32,000 nucleotides of DNA, from assembly GCA_024275415.1 (NCBI GenBank), contig JAJRZD010000091.1, forward strand, positions 60,001 through 92,000, given 5' to 3'. The notes beneath the pieces are model-generated. The model ran no database searches and was not told where the DNA came from. It saw only the letters and a list, made by a program, of their open reading frames with translations. The DNA is from an archaeon. Its GTDB lineage: Archaea; Asgardarchaeota; Thorarchaeia; Thorarchaeales; Thorarchaeaceae. A program made the translations under genes and the position numbers. Below, one piece after another: positions 17,648 through 26,943 of the stretch; position 1 is the first letter of the stretch; each line of letters opens with the position of its first letter.

Positions 17648-18010
17648 ATGGCTCAACAAATCACTCCGGAATTGGAAAACAAGATTAACGAATGGCGAAC
17701 CATCAGACAGCAGGTCGAAGTCTACAAGAGTAAACTAGCCGTAACACAGCAGGAGTTGAATGAAATCCAACTAACTCTCGAGGAGCTACAAAAGCATCCT
17801 GATGATGTCACAACCTACAAATCCGTAGGTAACATCTTGTTCAAGGTAGATAAAGCAAAGCTTGTTTCAGAACTCAATGACAAGAAGGAAACATTGGAAA
17901 ACTGGGCAACCTCCCTGAAGTCCAGGCTTGAAACAGCTGAGGTAAAGGACAAGGAGTTAGAGAGCCAGATCCAGACTGAATTGGCTCAGCGGAACCTCTC
18001 TCTTCAGTGA
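17648..18010 (+). CDS. pfdB: Prefoldin beta subunit
   Basis: Coiled coil - TYKSVGNILFK - coiled coil, 120 aa. Syntenic position. Confidence 0.95.
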   Translation: MAQQITPELENKINEWRTIRQQVEVYKSKLAVTQQELNEIQLTLEELQKHPDDVTTYKSVGNILFKVDKAKLVSELNDKKETLENWATSLKSRLETAEVKDKELESQIQTELAQRNLSLQ

Positions 18011-18309
18011 GCAAGATGAATCCTGTAGTTGAGGTTGGTCTTCCCGTCTTAGATGAGGAGATAATAGATACTTTGGCAGAAGAGTGTGAACAAGAGGTCA
18101 CCCGGTTCATCCTTGACGAGATTCCTGCTAAGAGCATCGAAACGCTCCTGATCACTTGTACTCTCGAATTTGACAAGGAACTTCACCTGACAATCGAGAT
18201 TGATGTAGATCAAAAGTATGAAACTGGTCAGGATTTGGATGTCATCACGACTCGCGCTTCGGAGCATGTATCTGAATGGCTGGAGAAGCGATTACGGGAG
18301 ATGCAATGA
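18007..18309 (+). CDS. DUF3194-family protein
   Basis: About 100-aa acidic protein in the usual pfdB-DUF3194-DHH position; pattern recognised from memory. The alternative start is ATG 18016. Confidence 0.7.
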   Translation: MSKMNPVVEVGLPVLDEEIIDTLAEECEQEVTRFILDEIPAKSIETLLITCTLEFDKELHLTIEIDVDQKYETGQDLDVITTRASEHVSEWLEKRLREMQ

Positions 18310-19310
18310 GAATGAATCTTAGGGCTCTACTTTCAACACCTGAGAATATTCTCATTCTGGGGCACCAAAATGCAGACCCCGATGCCGTGTGCTCGATGAT
18401 AGCTCTTCAACACCTCTACACATCCTTCAGTCCGACTGGAAAGATAACACTGGCATGTGATGATGTCAGCAAGTTGGCAACACAAGTCCTAAGCTCGTTC
18501 ACCTCTCAAAACCCCATATTAGAGCATGTTGAGGGGGAATTTGACCTTGTTGTCGTTCTGGACACGAATAGCCCTCTCCAGCTGGGAACCGAGTTCGAGA
18601 GCTATGTTTCCGACCCATCAAAGGTCGTGATAATTGACCATCACGAGCCAAATCCCACTGTTCACGAGATTGCTGATTTTACTCTGATTGACACTGACGC
18701 ATCATCGACCTGCGAGGTATTGGCGAACCTCTACACAGACTTGGAAGTGCCATTGCGTCCCTCAGTAGCGAGTCTTCTTCTTGCAGGGATGTTGTTTGAC
18801 ACAAGGCGCTTCTATTATGTTGGGGCTCGGACCCTTCAAACTGCACTATACCTACTTGACCAAGGTGCAGACTATGAAGAATGTATTCATTCGTTGACCA
18901 TTAAGCCTGATCGGTCTGAACGAATCGCTAGGCTAAAAGCAGCATCTCGACTTAGCATTCATACTATCGATAATTGGGTCGTTGTGACAGCAAAGGTCGG
19001 TGCCTTTGAGGCCAGTGCATGCCGCGGACTTATAGACCTCGGGGCAGATGTAGCGATAGTCGCAGGCAAGCCATCGAAGGGCGTTGTTAGGGTCAGTGCC
19101 CGAAGCACTCGAGAGTTTTATGAGAAGACTGGGATCAACCTCGGAACCGATATCATGGAACCGATTGGAGATATAATCGCTGGTAAGGGTGGAGGGCATC
19201 CAAATGCGGCCGGGGCCAACGGTGTCAGGAATCGAGGGAAAGCACTGGAAAAGTCTGTAGTCATTATCCAAGACTTGCTCAAGCGAAAGACAGAAATCCA
19301 ATGGGAGTGA
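18306..19310 (+). CDS. DHH/DHHA1 family phosphoesterase
   Basis: GHQNADPD, VVLDT, IDHH, GMLFDT, GGGHPNAAG. Start placed at the ATGA overlap at 18306. Confidence 0.93.
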   Translation: MRMNLRALLSTPENILILGHQNADPDAVCSMIALQHLYTSFSPTGKITLACDDVSKLATQVLSSFTSQNPILEHVEGEFDLVVVLDTNSPLQLGTEFESYVSDPSKVVIIDHHEPNPTVHEIADFTLIDTDASSTCEVLANLYTDLEVPLRPSVASLLLAGMLFDTRRFYYVGARTLQTALYLLDQGADYEECIHSLTIKPDRSERIARLKAASRLSIHTIDNWVVVTAKVGAFEASACRGLIDLGADVAIVAGKPSKGVVRVSARSTREFYEKTGINLGTDIMEPIGDIIAGKGGGHPNAAGANGVRNRGKALEKSVVIIQDLLKRKTEIQWE

Positions 19311-19314
19311 ACGC

Positions 19315-20157
19315 ATGCCTCTGGTGGAGTTTGTTGATTTCAGTTTCAAATATCTCGGGTCTGACAATCTTGCGCTGCGCAAGATTGATCTCCGTATTGA
19401 CGAAGGAGAGTACATTGTCATCACTGGCCCGTCCGGATGTGGAAAAACCACTCTATGCCGAGCAATCAACGGACTTGTTCCCCAATTCCATCGGGGTTAC
19501 ATCGCCGGTCATGTGTATGTTGACGGACATGACACACGTGAATCACGAGTTGCTGAGCTAGCTCGGGTAGCTGGTCTTATGTTCCAAAACCCCGCCAATC
19601 AGCTTGTAACCCTGAATGTCGCAAAGGAGATTGCATTTGGCCCTGAGAACCTTGGTGTCGAACCTGACAAGATTCGAGCAAGGGTCGAGGAGCTGATTGA
19701 AACGCTCCATCTTGAGCATCTTCGAGAGAAGCACCCCCATGAGATGTCAGGCGGACAACAACAAATGGTCGCGATGGCTGCCACTCTTGCACTCGAACCT
19801 AAAATCCTTGTTGCTGATGAGCCAACTTCCAACCTGGATCCGAAGAGTGCCGAGTCACTACTTGCTATCCTTAGCGATCTTAACCGTGATGGCATGACTT
19901 TAGTCCTTGTTGAGCACCGTCTTGATCTCGTTTCACGAAACGCGACCAGACTTGTTCTCATGGACAAAGGCAGTATCGTTGCTGATGGTCCGCCTCGGAA
20001 GGTTCTCTCCTTGCCCATATGTGAGGAGATTGGCATTGGCATCCCAAAAGCCACCCAGGTATACAAACATCTGAAAAGAAATGGGTGTGTTCTGAGCAGA
20101 GTGCCCCTTACAGGCGAGGAACTCGCTATATCTGTCGAGGAGGCATGCAACAAATGA
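19315..20157 (+). CDS. ecfA1: ECF transporter ATPase A1
   Basis: GPSGCGKT, MFQNP, EIAFGPENLG, MSGGQQQ, DEPTSNLDP. Confidence 0.93.
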   Translation: MPLVEFVDFSFKYLGSDNLALRKIDLRIDEGEYIVITGPSGCGKTTLCRAINGLVPQFHRGYIAGHVYVDGHDTRESRVAELARVAGLMFQNPANQLVTLNVAKEIAFGPENLGVEPDKIRARVEELIETLHLEHLREKHPHEMSGGQQQMVAMAATLALEPKILVADEPTSNLDPKSAESLLAILSDLNRDGMTLVLVEHRLDLVSRNATRLVLMDKGSIVADGPPRKVLSLPICEEIGIGIPKATQVYKHLKRNGCVLSRVPLTGEELAISVEEACNK

Positions 20158-20978
20158 TAATCATTGACGATGTTCATTTTGCCTACGACGGTATCTATCC
20201 TGCCCTACGGGGTGTATCATTGCAGATTGATTCTGGGGAACGTGTTGCTATCGTGGGGGCGAACGGAGCTGGTAAGACCACACTTGTGAAGCATATGAAC
20301 GGATTACTACGTCCCCAGCAAGGCCGTGTCTTTGTGAATGGGCGCGATGCCAGTAAACTGTCGGTTGCTGAACTCGCACGTACTGTAGGGCTTGTCTGGC
20401 AAAATCCCGATCACCAGCTGTTCCTTGATACTGTGGAGAAGGAAATCACCTTTGGTCTCCGCAATCTGGGATACGGTCCCGAAGATACAAGGGCTCGTTG
20501 CGAAAGAACCATGTCTATCCTTGGACTAACGGATCTTGCGAACCGCTCACCATTCTCGTTGTCAGGCGGAGAACGGAAACGTGTTGCATTGGCATCTGTT
20601 CTTGCTACTGAACCGCAAGTGTTGGCGCTTGATGAGCCCACAATCGGTCAGGATGCCAAACAGAAAGAGAACTTGTCGAACCTTCTCATGGAATTGAATG
20701 CAAACGGATGTGCTGTGATCTGTGTGACCCATGATATTGAGTTCGTGATCGAGCATTTCCCACGCACCATTGCGATGTCTGAAGGACTGATTATTGCCGA
20801 TGGGCAGACCAACAGCGTACTCACAAATGATCGTGTCATTGAGATTTGTTCACTGTCTACTCCTGAGCTGACACAGGCCTCACAAGCACTGAATCAGCGG
20901 TTCCCAGAGGTATCTCCAAGGCTCACACTTGTCAAGGAGCTTGAAGATGCCATCATCAAGATATTTGGAGGGGTTTGA
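20154..20978 (+). CDS. ecfA2: ECF transporter ATPase A2
   Basis: GANGAGKT, WQNPDHQLF, PFSLSGGERKRVA, DEPTIGQD. Start placed at the ATGA overlap at 20154. Confidence 0.93.
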   Translation: MIIIDDVHFAYDGIYPALRGVSLQIDSGERVAIVGANGAGKTTLVKHMNGLLRPQQGRVFVNGRDASKLSVAELARTVGLVWQNPDHQLFLDTVEKEITFGLRNLGYGPEDTRARCERTMSILGLTDLANRSPFSLSGGERKRVALASVLATEPQVLALDEPTIGQDAKQKENLSNLLMELNANGCAVICVTHDIEFVIEHFPRTIAMSEGLIIADGQTNSVLTNDRVIEICSLSTPELTQASQALNQRFPEVSPRLTLVKELEDAIIKIFGGV

Positions 20979-21749
20979 GTGTCGTTCCTAGAAGTATTCC
21001 AGTACACTCGGCAGGAATCGGTCATCCACAATCTAGATCCTAGAGCAAAGCTAGTCATCTCGATATGTCTGGCCGGCATCTCGTTGATGTTCACTGACAT
21101 CATCCCTATGGTGCTGATGATCTGTTTTCTCATCCCTCTTATTGCTGCTGCAAAGTCCCTGAAGCGTTGGGCTACGAGTATGAGAGGACTGTTGCCGTTA
21201 CTCCTATTCATTATTGTATTCAACACCTTACTCTCTACCACTGAGTATCCCTTCTCACATTCCATAGGACTCTCCCTTCGTCTTGTTGCGCTGATGACCT
21301 CGTTCTCGCTGTTCTTTTTGACCGTCCATCCAGATGAACTATCTCAAGCACTGATCCAGATGGGAATACGCTTTGAGTTCGCTTTCGCCATGAGTATGGC
21401 AATGAGATACGTGCCTACTCTTGGACAAGAGGCATATGCCATTATGGACGCCCAGCGAGCTCGAGGAGTAGAGCTTGACAAGGGCAACATGTTGAAACGA
21501 ATCAGGAACATCGTCCCTATCATCGTCCCGCTCATTATCGTATCTATTCGAAGGGCGTTATCCATAGCAGAAAGCATGGAATCGAGGGGATTTGGGGCAT
21601 CTGAGAAAAGGACATACATGGAAACACTGTCCTTCAGGAAACGAGATTGGGGTGTGGTGTTCATATCTCTCCTCGGACTTGTCATCCTTATCCATTTCAG
21701 ATTCTTCTTTTCTCTTCCAGAATGGGTTTCTTGGGGACTCCCCTTCTAA
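20979..21749 (+). CDS. ecfT: ECF transporter transmembrane component T
   Basis: LDPRAKL, AQRARG and AESMESRGF (twin ARG motifs). Confidence 0.93.
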   Translation: MSFLEVFQYTRQESVIHNLDPRAKLVISICLAGISLMFTDIIPMVLMICFLIPLIAAAKSLKRWATSMRGLLPLLLFIIVFNTLLSTTEYPFSHSIGLSLRLVALMTSFSLFFLTVHPDELSQALIQMGIRFEFAFAMSMAMRYVPTLGQEAYAIMDAQRARGVELDKGNMLKRIRNIVPIIVPLIIVSIRRALSIAESMESRGFGASEKRTYMETLSFRKRDWGVVFISLLGLVILIHFRFFFSLPEWVSWGLPF

Positions 21750-21943
21750 AACACAAGGTCTAATGGAACAAATTGAATAGCGCGAAGAGGTCTTTCTCTA
21801 TCTCTGTATACACGATGATTCAGACGCGACAACATATCATTCGAATAAATCTTGGTATGTTGCTCCAACTCCCATAATCGTTAATGTTCAAAGGTATGAA
21901 TAATTGATAAGTTTCTGTTCCCCTTTAATCTCGGTAGGTTGTC

Positions 21944-22631
21944 ATGTCTGAGTCGACTGCTGCGCCAAGTTCCACGGAACTCAGAATTGATCCTTGGGTC
22001 ATCTTTTGGAAGCTCCTTTTTTGGATTGAACTGTTTGATACTCGTAGGATATTCTGGGTATAATCTATTCTTCGATGATACTTGTCTTTCTAGTACTTTT
22101 ATCGACGAACACATCACAAGTATCATAGGTGCCGAACTTGCAAGGCTCCTATTTGTATGCACAATGATTGTATCTCTAGTCTTTGGAGGACTGGTATACG
22201 CACGGATGACACGCACAGAGATCCATTCTACACATGATGAGAAGAAGATATCTCGGAAACTTGTGAGCAGGATTATCATCTTTGACGCTATTTTCATAGT
22301 TGTTTCAATACTCCTCTATGCGTTCTCAGACTCAGGATTTGGCCGAATCATGTCATCCTTGCTCACTGCAGCTTTCCTGAGCATCAGAATCCCCTCGTCC
22401 ATAGGACTCTCATTGGAATATTTGACTTTCCCCTCAAAGTCACAATCCCTCGGAGCGAAAATTGCAGTCTATGTTAGTTATCTCGGAACTGACTCCTCAT
22501 TAGTCCGCAAACTAACCAGTCCTTTTGGTGGATTCCTGTATATGACTGCGGATCGGAGAGTTGAGCACGTTATAATGCGCAGGGAGCCATTATCACAATT
22601 ACGTATCCGTCCTGATACAGTTTATCAGTGA
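21944..22631 (+). CDS. Hypothetical multi-pass membrane protein, probably with a +1 frameshift at T6 (22017-22022)
   Basis: The long frame 21939-22631 has about 4 TM segments. ATG 21944, in another frame, gives MSESTAAPSSTELRIDPWVIFWKLLF and joins the long frame if one T is removed. Confidence 0.6.
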
Positions 22632-22662
22632 TGATGTCAATACTATTCACACAGGAGTATGA

Positions 22663-23235
22663 TTGAGAGTGAATCCTCCAAAAAGAAAGAAATATGTTGT
22701 CAAAGACATAGTGAATGCTCTCAAAAAAATCAATGCCACTCCTAGCGTCACCTATGATATTGGAAACCAACTGGTGTATTCCCAGTGGTCTGCATGTTGC
22801 CAGAAGCTTGGGGATGACCACCCTATCTCAACGAGTTTCAAACGACTACTTGACTTTCTCCAAAGTGATTATGAGGCAATGCTTGTCAGAGGCGAGTACT
22901 GGCGTACCAATGACACCCCAAATGCAGTATTCAACAAGTTTCTCAAGGAGCTACCTCAAGAGTTCCTCGCATACGAATTTGATCGCTCCCCTGACTACAT
23001 TCATGACCTCCTGACTAGGGCCAAGAAACTGCGAGAAGCAGAGGTCGAGAAGCATAAGGCGATTCTTGCAAACCTCAAAAAACTTCTAGATGAGGATCCC
23101 AATAACCCAGACCTTTGGAATGAGCTACGGCTTGTCCTTTGGATCATCGGTGATTACAAGGAAGCAAGTGAGGCATTCAAGACCGCACGTGACTTGGGCT
23201 GGTCTGGAATCGTGTCTAGTGTCGTGGGACTATAA
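22663..23235 (+). CDS. Hypothetical protein with a C-terminal TPR repeat
   Basis: LKKLLDEDPNNPDLWNELRLVLWIIGDYKEASEAFKTA is TPR-like. TTG start after AGGAG. Confidence 0.75.
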   Translation: MRVNPPKRKKYVVKDIVNALKKINATPSVTYDIGNQLVYSQWSACCQKLGDDHPISTSFKRLLDFLQSDYEAMLVRGEYWRTNDTPNAVFNKFLKELPQEFLAYEFDRSPDYIHDLLTRAKKLREAEVEKHKAILANLKKLLDEDPNNPDLWNELRLVLWIIGDYKEASEAFKTARDLGWSGIVSSVVGL

Positions 23236-23276
23236 AACCATCCTTTTAGGATATGTTGTCCCACACATCTTTTTTT
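23224..23276 (+). terminator. Putative terminator (hairpin plus T7)
   Basis: Outer stem GTGGGAC/GTCCCAC, inner stem ATCCT/AGGAT, then TTTTTTT at 23270-23276. Confidence 0.5.
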
Positions 23277-23397
23277 GCGTACCAACAACGGCCGTTTACG
23301 ACATTCAATGATTCTCAGTATAGCCTCCTTGTGAACACGTAGTAATGCATAAATCAATCTCTTTGGAGAACTCGCTTGTTCTTGGAAGTGAGATCCT

Positions 23398-25416
23398 ATG
23401 GATTTTGATGTTTCCGAAGCAATGACCATTAAACTCCCAGCAGAACTGCCTCCATATCCTGAGTTCGATCCCCAATACCGACGTGCTCCAAGCAGAGGAT
23501 ACAATCTGAATGAACAAGACACCATTCTTGCCGTAAAGAATGCCTTGAGATATGTTCATCCAAAACTGCATGAGAAGCTAGCTCCTGAGTTCATAGAGGA
23601 ATTGATGACGCGAGGAAGAATCTATGCCTATCGATTTCGACCTCCGGGTGCCATCAAGGCAAGACCGGTTGACGAGTATAAAGGAATCCTTGAGGCTCGC
23701 GCGCTACAGGTGATGATTGATAACAATCTTGATTTCGATGTGGCACTATATCCGTACGATCTCGTCACGTATGGAGAAAATGGGCAAGTTTTTCAGAATT
23801 GGCTACAGTACTGTTTGGTCAAGAAGTACCTTGAGGTGATGACCGAGGAGCAGACGCTGGTCGTGAGTTCGGGGCACCCACTTGGTCTATTTCCCTCGAA
23901 GCGAGATGCGCCACGAGTGATTTCTACCAATGGGTTGATGGTTGGGATGTTTGATACACCCGAGGACTTCCACCGGTCAGCAGCACTCGGAACAACCAAT
24001 TATGGGCAGATGACAGCTGGCGGTTGGATGTATATAGGCCCACAAGGGATTGTTCATGGGACATACATCACACTCCTGAACGCAGGCCGGATGTACTTGG
24101 GTTTGCCACAGGAACAGGATCTCAAAGGCATATTGTTCATCTCATCAGGACTTGGAGGGATGAGCGGTGCACAGGCAAAGGCAATCGAGATTGCCGGAGG
24201 TATCGGGGTCATCGCTGAGGTTGACAAGAGTCGCATCTTGACCCGTAGTGAACAGGGATGGCTTGGCAAGTGGTCTGATGACCTTGGTCAAGTGTTCGAA
24301 TGGGTGGAAGAGCATAGAGCAAGTGGTATTCCGGTTTCTATTGGATATCTTGGGAACATCGTTGATGTATGGCAGTATGTTGTTGACCACAATGTCAAAG
24401 TCGAGCTGGCATCAGACCAGACCTCCTGCCATGATGTCTATGGCGGAGGATACACTCCACAAGGAGTTTCATTCACAGAGGGTAGAGAGTTACTGAATAC
24501 TGACCGTGATGCCTTCAACAGGCTTGTTGACAAGTCATTGGTCACTCAGTTCAGGCTCATTAAGAAGATGACAGAGCGAGGTACTTTCTTCTGGGACTAC
24601 GGTAATAGCTTTATGAAAGCAGTCTTTGATGCAGGGGCTAACGACATTGCGAGGAATGGCGTGGACACAAATGACGGCTTTATTTTTCCATCGTATGTAG
24701 AGGACATAATGGGTCCCATTTGTTTCGACTATGGCTATGGGCCTTTCAGGTGGGTATGTCTCAGCGGCAAACATGATGATCTGGTCACCACCGACCATAT
24801 CGCAATGGCAAACATTGACCCGAATCGCAGAGCGCAGGATCGCGACAACTACGTATGGATACGAGATGCTGAGAAGAACGCGCTCGTGGTAGGATCCCAG
24901 GCACGAATCCTGTATGCCGATGCAGTCGGGAGAGTAAACATTGCTCTTGCGTTCAACAAGGCCGTTCGAGAGGGTAAGGTCGGTCCGATCATGCTTGGAC
25001 GTGATCATCACGATACGAGCGGTACTGACTCTCCTTTCAGAGAGACCGCAAACATCCGTGACGGTAGCAATATCACCAGTGACATGGCCCACCACTGTTG
25101 GTCTGGGAATGCCTCCAGAGGAATGACTTTGTGTGTGTTATCCAATGGGGGTGGCGTAGGCACAGGGAAGGCAATCAATGGAGGTTTTGGCTTGGTTCTT
25201 GATGGGAGTGACCGAGTGGATGCGATCATCAAGAGTGCCCTCGACTGGGATGTTATGTGTGGCGTATCGAGACGTGCATGGGCGCGGAATGACCACGCCA
25301 TTGAAACAGTCATCGAATGGAACCGGAAGATGGATGGAGCAGGGCATATCACAATACCTTATGTGTCTGAGGAGGGCCTTGTTGAGGATATTGTGCGTGC
25401 GTCACTGAGATCCTAG
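23398..25416 (+). CDS. hutU: Urocanate hydratase, long (~670-aa) form
   Basis: YGQMTAGGWMYIGPQGIVHG, GLGGMSGAQ, DQTSCH, WDYGN, GRDHHD, NGGGVG. Confidence 0.97.
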   Translation: MDFDVSEAMTIKLPAELPPYPEFDPQYRRAPSRGYNLNEQDTILAVKNALRYVHPKLHEKLAPEFIEELMTRGRIYAYRFRPPGAIKARPVDEYKGILEARALQVMIDNNLDFDVALYPYDLVTYGENGQVFQNWLQYCLVKKYLEVMTEEQTLVVSSGHPLGLFPSKRDAPRVISTNGLMVGMFDTPEDFHRSAALGTTNYGQMTAGGWMYIGPQGIVHGTYITLLNAGRMYLGLPQEQDLKGILFISSGLGGMSGAQAKAIEIAGGIGVIAEVDKSRILTRSEQGWLGKWSDDLGQVFEWVEEHRASGIPVSIGYLGNIVDVWQYVVDHNVKVELASDQTSCHDVYGGGYTPQGVSFTEGRELLNTDRDAFNRLVDKSLVTQFRLIKKMTERGTFFWDYGNSFMKAVFDAGANDIARNGVDTNDGFIFPSYVEDIMGPICFDYGYGPFRWVCLSGKHDDLVTTDHIAMANIDPNRRAQDRDNYVWIRDAEKNALVVGSQARILYADAVGRVNIALAFNKAVREGKVGPIMLGRDHHDTSGTDSPFRETANIRDGSNITSDMAHHCWSGNASRGMTLCVLSNGGGVGTGKAINGGFGLVLDGSDRVDAIIKSALDWDVMCGVSRRAWARNDHAIETVIEWNRKMDGAGHITIPYVSEEGLVEDIVRASLRS

Positions 25417-25420
25417 CTGG

Positions 25421-26800
25421 TCAGTTCTTCCTCGGATCCGTCGCCTGAATAATAGCAGTCACTGCATCCTGATTGAACCCCTTGAATCCATGACCCCTCT
25501 GGATAATCTCCAGATGGCTTCCGATTGCACCGTTCTCGCTAAATACTTTCATCCCTTCTTCCGAGATGACACCATCTTCTAGAAGGCGCGATAGACGTCG
25601 TTTGTCCACCTCTCTTCTCACAGCCTTGGAAAATGATTGTTTGAGGAAGTCGAAGTGGGAGAATGGAGCGAGCACTCCTGCGCTAAGGCTATCGAGTGCG
25701 GTTCGGGCGTGGGCATAGTCTACTTTGGCCGCAAGATGGTGCAGACCCCCTTGCAACATGCTTTCTCCGTGCAACGCGACCCAGAGGCCGACTGTCCCAA
25801 ACCTGTCGGACTCGTCCATCCCTATATCTGCGAATGGTTTTCCCTTTTCCTCGTCAGTGATATCCACATCAGCAAAGACCACAATGCCACACTCGGGATG
25901 TTCCATGACCTGTGCTCCCCATCCAGCTTGTTGTCCCGCAAAGAACTGCTCTCTGCGCACAAAGCCTAATACTTCTAAAATGGCTATCAGTGTCGAGAAA
26001 CAGCTCCTTGATGACCGATAGGTGTGATGGTCATCATTCGCCCATCCGATGCCATATCTATCCTGCCTGTTCTTTTGTATCCGCCCCACAACATCACGGC
26101 TTTCCCAATACTGCCGTTCTGCCCTGAAGAACGCATCACATACCCTTGAAACACCTAGATTCGAAACGGATGTTCTCACTAGGTCGAAGGTGTATTCGAG
26201 TCCGTCGCAGTCATCATCAAAGCGCCTCCGACGTGTATAGAACAAGTCTAGCACACGCAGGTATTCCGCAACATCTTCTGTATCTGTGACAGGAAATCGC
26301 GAAAAGCCTGAATATCCTCTTCGCTCCACTGCTGATAGTATGTGGTTTCCTCCGAGCGTGATGGTCGCCACCCTATATGGTGTGAATGGCGCTCCTATTA
26401 TGACATTTCCTGCCCCAATCATCTGGATGAAATGGCTCAAAGATTCTGTCCTTATCACGATCTCAATGGCGCCTTCCTCGACCACGATAACAGGAAAAAG
26501 GGTCGATCGGTTGTGGACGAACAGTGTGGCGATATCGGGGTTATCAATTTTGAAGTCATCACCAATCTCGAATCCGAAGTCGAAGAGTTTGTCTTCGATA
26601 CGCGAGTCCTTTGGGACAATGATATGATCTATCAAGTCAAAAAAGCGCAAGGACGCATTGTCCATCATTGCTGTGGCAAGTCGCGCAGCGACTTGGTTTT
26701 TCGAAAGGAACTCTTCGACTATTTCCTGCAAGAATCTCTCTGCCTCCGAGTGTAATCCCCAATTGAAGTCTTCCAAGCGTATCACCTTTCGCACGTACAT
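25421..26800 (-). CDS. Uncharacterised two-domain VOC/HPPD-like metalloprotein
   Basis: 459 aa. Candidate metal triad H258 (DHHTYR), H355 (GLHHLAA) and E431 (HLEIIQRGHGF). SD-like GAGAGG upstream. Confidence 0.6.
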   Translation of the reverse strand: MYVRKVIRLEDFNWGLHSEAERFLQEIVEEFLSKNQVAARLATAMMDNASLRFFDLIDHIIVPKDSRIEDKLFDFGFEIGDDFKIDNPDIATLFVHNRSTLFPVIVVEEGAIEIVIRTESLSHFIQMIGAGNVIIGAPFTPYRVATITLGGNHILSAVERRGYSGFSRFPVTDTEDVAEYLRVLDLFYTRRRRFDDDCDGLEYTFDLVRTSVSNLGVSRVCDAFFRAERQYWESRDVVGRIQKNRQDRYGIGWANDDHHTYRSSRSCFSTLIAILEVLGFVRREQFFAGQQAGWGAQVMEHPECGIVVFADVDITDEEKGKPFADIGMDESDRFGTVGLWVALHGESMLQGGLHHLAAKVDYAHARTALDSLSAGVLAPFSHFDFLKQSFSKAVRREVDKRRLSRLLEDGVISEEGMKVFSENGAIGSHLEIIQRGHGFKGFNQDAVTAIIQATDPRKN

Positions 26801-26943
26801 TTGCCTCTCATGAAATAAAAGGATTGGGCAAAAATGGTCATGGTACTTCCATTGAACGATAATTACTAAAGCAATACGATACCGAGAGTTATCATCGAGT
26901 CCCCATCGGTTCCAAAATTGGACAGTTCTGTGAGGGAATCTCT

